A stretch of 63,702 nt of DNA, the filler included, from Atractiella rhizophila (Eukaryota), in the NCBI GenBank assembly GCA_021432655.1. It is 5 parts of 5 records of this genome, joined end to end, with 100 filler letters (N's around TTAATTAATTAA, not from the genome) between each part and the next. Parts side by side here need not be neighbours in the genome. Positions count along the whole stretch, not along the records: positions 32,923 to 49,259 come from MU271906.1; 4 more parts are not named here. One strand, written 5' to 3'. The translations under genes and the position numbers were made by a program. This document shows, one piece after another, positions 34,883 to 46,080 of this stretch; the first letter of the stretch is position 1; the number at the start of each line of letters is the position of its first letter. The notes below the pieces were generated by a model, which saw only the letters and a program-made list of their open reading frames with translations, searched no databases and had not been told where the DNA came from.

Positions 34883-36748
34883 ATGTCGACGTCTTCTCAA
34901 TCCCCACCAGTCTCTCCTCCCCTGAATGGCGTTGCGCGCATGTCGCTCGACAGTGGGCGTGCAAGTCCCCGCGCATCGTTGGACGGAACGGGAGCAGGAG
35001 GAAGTGGGAGCAATGGTGATCGGGAGAGGCTGTTGAGAGATGAACTGGCAAAGGTCAAGGAGGAGAGGGATAACTTTGAAAATCAGTATAGAGGGTTACT
35101 GGGGAAGTTAACCAATATGAGGAATACTTTGGGTGATAAATTGAAGCAGGACGCGGTATGTTGTTTTTTGTAATTTGGGTAGAGAGAGATTCGTTGCTGT
35201 CACCTCGATTGCACAGTTGAGACTATATAGTTGGGTGAAATACAGCCTACTTCCCTCTACAACGCGAAACTACACAGGCCTCACGCTGACCTTCGCTCCT
35301 CTAGGATGAACTAGATAGGAGGGCGGCTCAAATCACCTCCTTGACATCCGAAATCGAGACGCTAAACAGCACCGTCTCCTCTCTACAAAGCGAGCTCCTT
35401 CTCACAACCACGGACACCTCCACCCTTTCTTCCGATTTAACCCTCCTACGGTCACGACTGTCCACAGCTGAAGGGATCCAAATAGAGCTACAGGATCGGC
35501 TAGAGAACGAGCGTCGGCTGAAGGAAGAATGGGAGGAAGAGGCTATGCGTGAGAAGGTACGACGAGAGGATGTAGAACGGCGCGCAGTTCTGGCGGAGGA
35601 AGAGAGAGAGAGGGCGAAAGCGGAGGAGAGGAGATTGCGGGAGGAATTGGAGAGAGAAAAGGCGGCGGCGGAGGATCTGGCGAGGGTGTTGGAGGAGTTT
35701 CAGGCTGGTATGTAACCGCCAGACCATCGCGAGCGTGGAGCTGACTCCGATATGCGGTGGATAGGGAAGGAGAGAGAGATGGAGAATCTTGTTGGAGATG
35801 TGAAAAGCCAACTCGACGCTGCTGTCAAAGGATTAGCAGAGTACAAGAAGCGTGCATCCGTTGCTGAGGTATTTTGTCCTTTCCTTGACGTCTGCTTTCT
35901 TGACGGATCGTGGTTGTGAATAGGCACGATTATCCGCCGTACACACAGACTCAGAGAAATCCATGGCACTAGCAAAGGAATTGAAGGAGAAGAACGTGAT
36001 GATTGGGAAACTGAGGCACGATGGTGCGAACGCATTCTTATCATTCTTTTTGTTGGCAGGCTGATGGAAGAAATGATTAGCGGCGATTATGAATGAGCAT
36101 CTCACAGAAGCTATGCGGCGTTTAAAGCGAGACAGCACCGAAAACAATGTAGACCGGTACGTCACTCTCCTCCTCATTCCTCGCCTTGCAGTTTGACGAA
36201 TCCGTCATGCAAAGACGACTAGTCACCAACGTACTCATAACCTTTCTCCGTACCCCTCGGGCGGATACAAAGCGTTACGAAATGCTGCAGCTCCTCTCCT
36301 CTGTCCTTTCATGGACAGACGAAGAGCGAGAACGAGCAGGTTTGCAGAAGGCAGTTGGCGGGGAAGGCACAAGGCCGAATACCAGCACGGGGAGAGTACA
36401 AATGCAGAGGAAGGGGAGTGGAAAGGAGGAAGAAGCGGATAACGAGGCGAGTTTCCCTGTGTTCGCCCTTGGTGTATATGGTCGCTGATAGGGTGGATGG
36501 GATAGTCCTTCTCGAACTTATTCGTTGAATTTCTTCTTCGGGAAGCTGGTCAAGCGGCCCCTTCTTCTGCTTCAAAATCAACTCCCGCGCCGACTCCAAC
36601 TCTGTTCTCACCCACAGCTTCTACGCCAGGTTCACCCAGAAGCTCCATCCTGGCGCTCTCCCCTCCACCTCCAAGTCAGAAATTCAAGCTTCCTGAGATA
36701 CCGCCTTTCAATCCGGATAGGTTGAGGAAGGGACAAAATATTCGTTAA
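34883..36748 (+). CDS. RUD3: GRAB-domain cis-Golgi golgin (Rud3/GMAP-210-like)
   Basis: QYRGLLGKLTNMRNTLGDKLKQDA, IGKLRHDAAIMNEHLTEAMRRLK, VDRRLVTNVLITFL..KRYEMLQLLSSVLSWTDEERERAGL (GRAB) and SFSNLFVEFLLREA (GA1 motif). Confidence 0.88.
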
Positions 36749-38253
36749 CGGTAGTTACGATCTGCACGCAGGGAGGCACGTGCATTTGGAGGATTTGAGG
36801 ATGATTCGTCCATTGTTCGCGTCATTGGTTTCATTGGTTGCACTCCGTATCATGTATTTATGCCTTTCAATCTTCGTAACCTTCATCTCCTCACTTATGA
36901 CCATGTTGGGCGGTATTGGATGAGCATCAACGGTGGAACACTGCCCTTTTGAGCTGGCTCTTTATTTGGTGAACTCTGTCAATTCTTCGTTGGGGAATTG
37001 GAGATTGTGGTCAATGGTGGAGAATGCTTTGAATCCACTGTCGCCCAAACTTGCATCTTCGTAGATTACATTAGGACCTGTTAGCGGCATGCGGCATTCT
37101 GCTTATTCTCATCTCCCTCAGCAAGCTGGCAAAGGACATTAGAAGGGAGCATCCGTAGTTTGATTCAAGTTTCGAATGCACAGCCCTAGTCGTAGTGTGC
37201 TTGCTGAGAGAAGTCGCCTTTCACCGACAACTTCGATTCTTGAATACTCCATTCAACGAAGGTCACAGCTCAAGCGCTCATGACAGAGCTGATATACTGA
37301 TGCGCTTTGCGAGCGAATTCAAGGGAACTCTGAGCACTTCTGAGCATCCCAGAAAACTGATTGTTGGGGAACTCATGTAGACCTGTCATCTTCCAAAAGG
37401 CAGGGTTGCCAACTGATAATCTATTTCTCATTTGAGGCTGCTGCTCGTCGTTTTTACGCTGTGAGAGGCTTCTGAATATCTTTTAGGCCACGTCGTGACG
37501 TTTCCATGGCCTCTGAGTACCACTTCAATTCCCGTTGCTTCAGCGCGCAGCAGCTAACTGCGCATATTGTAGCAGCCAGGTTCATCTTGTCTTAGTATCA
37601 TTGTTACATTCAGGTTTAGTCTGCTTTAGCACTCAGCAGCTACTGATAACTGCGGCATTCAAGTGGTGGTAGTCAGCTGCGTCTTGCGTTAGGTACTGTA
37701 ATTGCGGCATTGTGGTGGCTAGTGTGATCCTGCTGCTGGACGCAGTGGTTGACTGTAACAATCATTGCGGCAGCTGTACGCGCTGGGAGGTGGCATCAAG
37801 ACGCCTTACATTCCTCAGTTTCCTCTGCCTCGTCAGCAGAGTAGTGAGCACTGTATTGCTTGCTCGATGTGTGACTTCTTGCTACTCTGGGACGACAGAG
37901 AATTCTAAACCCACAGACTCTCCCCAGACCAAATCCTTGCGGCGAAGTTGGTGTTGTCAACTCTACGCATGCTGCATTTTTTACGCAGACGTACTTAGTT
38001 CTTTGCGTGACTTACCATCGCGACACAGGAACTCAATTTGGGATGGGCCTGAGGGTATAAAAACGCCAGACTTCCTCTCATTTTATCATCAAACACATCC
38101 AGAGCTCGCCTACTTCTACTCAATCCTAGTTTTGAACGTTGAACGTCCTTCGCTTTTCGCTCACCATCACTTCACCTAACTTTTTCACCAGCAAGTCTGC
38201 TTTAATATTTAGCTTCTCCCACTTCAACAGTCCATTTTTTTCGACAATCGGAA

Positions 38254-41200
38254 ATGGATCGATCAGCTCTCGCTCTCCTCTCGGTGCTCTCGCTCGTTAA
38301 TGCCCAAGCCGCACTGACCAACGTATGATTTCTTCCCATCTTTCGAGAGCCGTCCGGAGCAGAAACTTACGAAGAAATTAGATCGTGGGGGGCAACGGAG
38401 TCACAAACGTTGGCCTTGGTGTCCAGTCCCAGACTCCAAATTCAGGGCAGGGCATTACTGTCAGCGGAGGCGGTTGCGGAGCTGCAAACACTGCTCAAGC
38501 TCTCGCTACCTGTGAGCACCATCCCCCATCCTCCCTCTGTCTCGCCTTTTGCATGACTGATGACACAACAATAGCGACGGCTAATGGCATTGCCACCCCT
38601 GATGACAGTGGAAACCTGAACATGGAGGTGTTCATCGTGCGTCTTTCCCTCCTATTGGAATAAACCAATAGAATTCACGTATTGTATGTGAGCAGATCAA
38701 TAGCCAGGGAGAGGGACCTTATACCTGCGCTTTGGATACCACTGGCGCAGGAAACTCGTTCAACACTCCTTTGACAATCAAGACCAACGGTTAGCTCTTT
38801 CTTACAGCCCTCAAGTCTCAGGTGTTAACTCGAGTATACCGCACATCCAGTAAACAACCAAGTTGGTCAGGCGTGTTCTCTCGTCGCTGCCATGCCATCA
38901 GGAATCACTTGTCCCTCCGCCGGCTGCATTGTCCAATGCAAGAATAGTGCTGGGTAAGCAGAACTTATCCTGTCTGTAGACTGGAATAAAACTGAATATT
39001 GACTACCAGATTCGGTGGGTGTGTACCCGTTGCACCATCCAATACGGCAACCGGCTCCAGTGGTAGGTCTTCCCCCTCTCCTCGATTGTAACTGACGATC
39101 CGTAGGAACGGACGGCAATACGGGATCTGCTGCCACAGGCAACAGTGGAAATGCTGGCAATGCTGGCGACACCGGCAATAATGGAAATACTGGCAACACT
39201 GGGAATACTGGCAACGCTGGAAATGCCGGCAACACTGGAAACCCTGGCAACTCTGGAAGCCCTGGACAGGTCGCGAAGAGAGGTACATATTATCTCACTT
39301 CAGTGTTGCTTATGACAGCGCTGACCTACTTGTGAAGCCACACCACCTGGTAACGGTGCAGACCCGAACGTAAACGTCAAGGACCCCGAACCGTCAGCAA
39401 TTTCCACTCCTCGTTCTTCACACTGACAATCTTTCCATTTGACAGTCAGCGGAATCCTCCTGTCCAACCCCCACCGAGCCCCACTCCCCCAGCCCCAAAG
39501 CCAGGCAAGGCTGGAAAGCCTGCGAAGAGAGGTACATATTATCTCACTTCAGAATTGCTTATGACGGCGCTGACCCACATGTGAAGCCACACCACCTGGT
39601 AACGGTGCAGGCCCGAACGTAAACGTCAAGGACCCCCAGCCGTCAGTAATTCCTCTGTTTGTTCTTCAATCTGACAATCCATTCATTTGACAGTCAGCGG
39701 AATCCTCCTGTCCAGCCCCCACCAAGCCCCACTCCCCCTGCCCCAAAGCCTGGCAAGGCGGGAAAGCCTGAGAAGAGAGGTACATATCATCATCACTTCA
39801 GGTGACTTATTTCACGACACTAATGGCGTGGACTCACACATCGGACCAGTCCACACCACCCCGGTATACAGGTGCAGGACGCCAGAACGTAATAAACGTC
39901 AACAGGACCCCCAGCCGTCAGTAATTCCCTCTGCTTGTTCTTCAAATTTGACAATCCGTTCGTATTTGGCAGTCAACGGAATCCTCCTGTCCAGCCCCCA
40001 CCAAGCCCCACTCCCCCTGCCCCAAAGCCAGGCAAGGCTGGAAAGCCTGCGAAGAGAGGTACATATCATCTCGTTACTTACAACAACGCTGACCTACATG
40101 TTCAGCCACGCCACCCGGTAACGGTGCGGCGGGGAATAATGTCAACAACGGAAACCCTGGTGCGTCCTCCCCCCTCCTGCCTGTAGGAGGCTGAAGCGAT
40201 TTTACAGGTGCTCAAGGACAAGGAAACGCGAACCAGAACGGAAACCAGGACGGAAACCAGAATGGAAACCAGAACGTAAACCAGAATGTAAACGGCAACG
40301 ACCCCCAGCCGTCAGTAATTCCCACCCCTCGTTCCTCACACTGACAATCTGTTCATTTGACAGTCAGCGGAATCCTCCTGTCCAACCCCCACCGAGCCCC
40401 ACTCCCCCAGCCCCAAAGCCTGGCAAGGCTGGAAAGCCTGTGAAGAGAGGTACATATCATGCCACTTCAATGTTATTTACGACAATGCTGACCTACATGT
40501 CCAGCCACACCACCGGGTAACGGTGCGACGGGGGACAATGTCAACAACGGAAACCCTGGTGCGTCCTCCCCCCTCCTGCCTGTAGGAGGCTGAAACGATT
40601 TTATAGGCGCTCAAGGACAAGGAAACGCGAACCAGAACGGAAACCAAAATGGAAACCAGAATGTGAACCAGAATGTAAACGCCAACAACCCGCAGCCGTG
40701 AGTAAATCCCACTCCTCATTCTTCACTCTGACAAATTGTTCATTTGACAGTCAACCGAATCCTCCTGTCCAACCCCCACCAAGCCCCACTCCCCCAGCCC
40801 CAAAGCCTGGCAAGGCTGGAAAGCCTGTGAAGAGAGGTACATATCATCTCATTTCGATGTTACTTACAACAACGCTGACCTACATGTCCAGCCACACCAC
40901 CCGGTAACGGTGCGGCGGGGAACAAAGTAAACACTGGTACGTCATCTCTACCTGCACACTAGTGTCATTTGTACTACGTTGTAGCTGCAGCTGACAACAA
41001 TTCCTCCAGGCGCGACTGCCACCACCCAAAGAAATGGAAACCAAAACCCGAACCCAAATGTAAACACAAACGCCGCCACGAACGGCCGTGAGCCGTCAGT
41101 GATTCCTACTTCATTCCTCGTTACCGTTGTGGTCTGACGATATTTGCACATTCGATAGTCAACAAAACCCTGCTGTCAGGCCTCCCCCCAGCAAGGTCCC

Positions 41201-41285
41201 GCAGCCCCCTGCTGGACAGGCGCATGCGAATGGACCGGTTGGAGGGAGAATGGTGAAGGCCATGAAGAAGAGGAGGATGCACTAA
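38254..41285 (+). CDS. Secreted compact Egh16/DUF3129-like protein, paralogue B, with G-N-X linker and six KR-delimited repeat peptides
   Basis: MDRSALALLSVLSLVNA-QAALTN; same exon structure as paralogues A and C; tail spliced through canonical GT..CTGAC..AG introns in one open frame to TAA 41283-41285. Confidence 0.8.
39283..41158 (+). repeat. Tandemly duplicated exon-intron modules (~250-390 bp)
   Basis: Exon encoding Q(R/P)NPPVQPPPSPTPPAPKPGKAGKP(A/E/V)KR starts at 39446, 39694, 39973, 40364 and 40751; the flanking introns (GTACAT... and GT(C/G)AG...) repeat with it. Confidence 0.93.
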
Positions 41286-42599
41286 GCAGCATTTAAGCAG
41301 CACTAAAGGACGCTTCTAGTTTGAAATTGATAGTTACCAAGCGATGTAATACGAGCCAGCGTGACTAGGAGAGAGTGAAAGGACATTCTAGCGTTTGCTC
41401 ACATAATTTGCATCCTGGCACTGGTCTCTGTCTCAGCGAAGGAAGAACATGCAACTGGCATCAAAATTGTTGGTAAAACTAACTGTAAAACCACTCCTCC
41501 ACATGTGTTGGTGTTTGCACGGTAACGCAGCCACTGTGTTACCGAGTCGCGTTCTACAACCTTACGTGGAAGGTAACTGTGCCACGTGCCAAATTACACG
41601 CTCATCAAGGGTCCGCACACAGTGCTCATTACTCAGTCGTAGTTGTAGATGTATCCCTCCATTCTGAGTATCCGCCAAGGACCGGGATATTATTAGTTTA
41701 CTTAAATTTTACAGCAAACTGCGTTCAGGAAATGTCCATCTGTAGTCTGGTTTAAGTCTGAAGAGCACAGCCTCGATGTAGTGTGCTATCTTAGCGAATT
41801 TGCGTTCTCGCTCAAGCTAAAGCTCGGTTCTTACTTACTATGCTTAGTGAAATCGTCGGGAAGATAATGCGGTCATACGCTCATGATAGAGTTCAAACAC
41901 CGGTGTTTATTTTGGTGATCCAATCTGAGCACATATTTAGTCGACTTGGGTAGATTATGTCGGGGGATGTTGATGTGCCATCTCCTTGGAGGACAGGATT
42001 ACCTACAAATGACTTATTATTGTCTACACTTGCTGCTTGTCGTTTTTACGCCGTGAGAGGTTTCCGAATGTCCAGTTGGGCCACGTCGTGATGTTTCCAT
42101 GGCCCCTAAGTGCAATGTTTCAACTTCGTCTCCCTTCATGACGCAGCATCTAACTGCGGCATCCCTGTGTGTAGTCATCCTCGCCTTGCTTTTTGGTACC
42201 AAGCAGCTGACTGCGATATCATTGTGGTGCTTTAGCGCTTCACTTTACTGGGGCATCTTTGCGATTCTCCAGACAAAATCCTTGCGGCGAAGTTGGGGTT
42301 GTCATCTAGACGTACGGTGTATTTTACGCGCAGGTGATGTTCGGTGTTCGCGTGACTTATCCATTACAACCCAAGAAGCCAATTTGGGATACGTCTGGCT
42401 ATAAAAGCCATAGACTTCCTCGGTTGAGGTCAACAAATCCACCTTGCCTTCTTTCCAGTGCCTCAAGTTTCCAACGTTGAACGTCGCCATTCGCTTTCAC
42501 TCTCAATACTCCACCTGAGTCTTTCCCCAGCCAGCCAGCCTGTTCCACATCTTCGCGTCTCTCCTTCCTATTTCAACAGTCATATATTTTGCCTTTACC

Positions 42600-44013
42600 A
42601 TGGATCGATCTGCCATTGTCCTCCTATCCCTTCTCTCGCTTGTTAATGCCCAGTCCGCACTGATCAACGTATGTCAACTCCTATCTTCCTAAACCCCCTG
42701 CTTCTGAGCTGACGAAAATAGATTGTGGGAGGAAACGGAGTCACCAACGTTGGCCTTGGCGTTCAATCCCAGACCCCAAGCGAAGCACAGGGAATCACCG
42801 TCAGTGACAACAGTTGCGGAGCATCGAACACTAATCAAGCTCTCGCGACCTGTGAGCATCCAAATCTTACCCCGCGTCATATACTGACAAGGATGCAGCA
42901 ACGGCGGAGGGCATTGCCACGCCTGATGCCAGCGGTAACTTGAACATGGAGGTTTTCATCGTCAGTATTTCTCCCTCCATTTGAATTGAAGACACTCACG
43001 CGTTGTACGGAATAGATCAACAGCAATGGAGATGGACCTTACACCTGCGCTTTGGATACAAGCGGCACTGGAGACTCCTTCGACACTCCTTTGACAATCA
43101 AAACTAATGGTTCGTGCCTCCTTTAGCCAATATGGTCTCAACTGCTAACTCGGATATCTGGTGCATCCAGTAAACAATAAAGTTGGCGAAGCGTGCTCCC
43201 TCGTTGCCGCCATGCCATCAGGAATCACCTGTCCTACTACCGGTTGCATCGTGCAATGCAAGAATAGCGCCGGGTACGCCTGCTCTATCATTTATGCGGA
43301 GGGAAGAGAAATTGAAGTGCAACGAGCAGATTCGGCGGATGTGTGCCCGTCCTCCCTTCTAACAACGCTGCCGCCTCCACCGGTAGGATTCCCTCTCTTG
43401 ATCCGTTGGATGAGGGAGAACTGACGTTTGGTAGGGACAACCGGTTCTACGACTAATACTGGAAGTGCTGTTGGAAGCAGTGACGACACTGGAAATGCCG
43501 AAAATACCGGAGACACTGGAAGTGCCGGAGACTCTGGTAACACAGGGGATGCTAGCGACAGTGGAAACGGTGCAAACGGAAACAACGCGGTGAAGAGGGG
43601 TACATATCCACTCACGCCAGTTTATCGCATCAACGCTGACCTACATGGTGTAGCTGCCACGTCACCCAGTAACCCAGTGAAGAAAGCAAACGCAGGTGAA
43701 TCCATCCTATAAATCAATAGATCTTTGCCTGACAACGATGTATCCAGGCGCAGCAACCAAGAAACCGAAGACGAGCGCAAAACCGTCAGCCATCCCCTTT
43801 CCTTATCTGCATTTCCCTGATATTAACGGAATCATTCCGTCGACAGTAAATCAACTGTCAAACCGAAAACGAGCGCCAAGCCGTCAGTCGTCCCTTTTCC
43901 TCATCTCAAATTTCTCTGATCCTAAGCCAAGTTATTCACATGCCAGCACGTGTGGTGATAGCAAGTCGGTAGGAATAGGAATATATTTTGCGTGCTGCCC
44001 AAACTGGTACTGA
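42600..44013 (+). CDS. Secreted compact Egh16/DUF3129-like protein, paralogue C, with short Gly/Ser/Thr linker, AVKR site and KPKTSAKP mini-repeats
   Basis: MDRSAIVLLSLLSLVNA-QSALIN|IVGGNGVTNVGLGV..FI|INSNGDGPYTC..CPTTGCIVQCKNSAG|FGGCVP; 3' end of the model uncertain. Confidence 0.75.
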
Positions 44014-44820
44014 GTGCGTACATGAAAACTTGGAAATATAGTGGCGGGTGTTCTTGAGAAAGTCTTAAGACTCATCTGGCGGTCTTATGTGCACAGCCAC
44101 GAAAAGCTTGGCACATGTAGTTTCTGATAAACTTTGTGCTTTTTTTTCAAAAAGTGGTGACTTTGTCCACTGAAGAGGGGGCCCCTGCTCCCCGGCGGCG
44201 AGTCGAACAGCAGAGTTTATATTATACAGTGGGTCAGTTACACGCACATTTCTGATTTCTGAACGCGGCTTTCTCAAGCAGTTGGATCTTGTGTGTTATG
44301 CTACAATCCGGAACTGCTTTGCATTCCTTATTGGCATCACACATTGTGCGACCCGTTTCGCATAATGATGATGCAAATAAAAAGACTCGTGTATAGTGCC
44401 CGAGGCTAATATACTACATCGGCTACCCGTTATGGTAAACGACCTTTGACGTTCTAGTAGCTTTTGTTCTTTTTTTTTAAGGGGGAGAGCCGGACGGTGA
44501 GAGCGGAGAGGAATATGAGGCTATAGACTGGCAAATCTCGGAAGAGAGAAAATAAAGTCCTAAGCTCCACCTCCCTTGTTTACTGTCCTTGTTTTGTCTT
44601 ATATTAAGGTAGGCAGAACAATGTAGATATGATATATCGTTTATAGTTGCAGGTACGTGGCAAAGTGTTGGTAGTATCATAATTAAGTTTGTCTGTTTCG
44701 CAGGAATTACCAAGGAGGGGTAGGGGAAGTTTCGGGAGGTGCAGGAGGAGGAGTAGACAGGGAATCGGACAGGTCGTCAGCAAAACCCCGAGAACGACCT
44801 CACTCAGAAGCGGCGTCCTC

Positions 44821-45341
44821 AGCTAAATGACAGCTGCCTTGGTAAAACAATCATATCCTCTTTACGTCACTCTGTTCCCTCCTGACTGCCAAACCACCGG
44901 CGAAATCCGAACTGTCATACTCAGCTAAATGACCACTACTCTGCTAAAATAATCATATTCCCCTTTACGTCCTACTCTTTCCCTACCGACTGCCGAACCG
45001 CGAGTAAAATCCAAACCGTCAACTAAATGACAACTGCTTTGCAAAGCAATCATAGTCTCTTTTAAACTTCCCCTGCTGACTGCCAAACCACCAGCGAAAT
45101 CCGAACTGTCATACTCAGCTAAATGACAACTACCCTGTTAAAACAATCATATTCCCCTATACGTCCTCTTCTTTCCCTACCGACTGCCGAACCGCGAGCG
45201 AAAGCCAAACTGTCAACTAAATGACAGGTGCCTTGCTAAAGAAATCCTAGTCTCTTTAAACTCTACTCCTTTTCCCTGCTGACTGCCGAACCACGAGCGA
45301 AAGCCAAACTGTCAACTAAATGACAGGTGCCTTGCTAAAGC
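44821..45341. repeat. ~98-bp tandem satellite, at least 5 units, running into an assembly gap
   Basis: Units begin A(G/A)CTAAATGAC at 44821, 44923, 45021, 45117, 45215 and 45314; shared GACTGCC(A/G)AACC core. Confidence 0.9.
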
Positions 45342-46080
45342 NNNNNNNNNNNNNNNNNNNNNNNNNNNNNNNNNNNNNNNNNNNNNNNNNNNNNNNNNNN
45401 NNNNNNNNNNNNNNNNNNNNNNNNNNNNNNNNNNNNNNNNNNNNNNNNNNNNNNNNNNNNNNNNNNNNNNNNNNNNNNNNNNNNNNNNNNNNNNNNNNNN
45501 NNNNNNNNNNNNNNNNNNNNNNNNNNNNNNNNNNNNNNNNNNNNNNNNNNNNNNNNNNNNNNNNNNNNNNNNNNNNNNNNNNNNNNNNNNNNNNNNNNNN
45601 NNNNNNNNNNNNNNNNNNNNNNNNNNNNNNNNNNNNNNNNNNNNNNNNNNNNNNNNNNNNNNNNNNNNNNNNNNNNNNNNNNNNNNNNNNNNNNNNNNNN
45701 NNNNNNNNNNNNNNNNNNNNNNNNNNNNNNNNNNNNNNNNNNNNNNNNNNNNNNNNNNNNNNNNNNNNNNNNNNNNNNNNNNNNNNNNNNNNNNNNNNNN
45801 NNNNNNNNNNNNNNNNNNNNNNNNNNNNNNNNNNNNNNNNNNNNNNNNNNNNNNNNNNNNNNNNNNNNNNNNNNNNNNNNNNNNNNNNNNNNNNNNNNNN
45901 NNNNNNNNNNNNNNNNNNNNNNNNNNNNNNNNNNNNNNNNNNNNNNNNNNNNNNNNNNNNNNNNNNNNNNNNNNNNNNNNNNNNNNNNNNNNNNNNNNNN
46001 NNNNNNNNNNNNNNNNNNNNNNNNNNNNNNNNNNNNNNNNNNNNNNNNNNNNNNNNNNNNNNNNNNNNNNNNNNNNNNNN
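45342..46080. other. Scaffold gap (N run)
   Basis: 739 N without the spacer motif. Confidence 0.98.

Noticed and set aside
4193..36748. Functional clustering of the GRIP and GRAB golgins, or of the 26741 Egh16-like gene with paralogues A-C
   Set aside because: They sit on different assembly pieces separated by spacers; physical linkage is not shown.
44821..45341. CRISPR-like array
   Set aside because: The whole unit is homologous between copies (no unique spacers), the context is eukaryotic and there are no cas genes.
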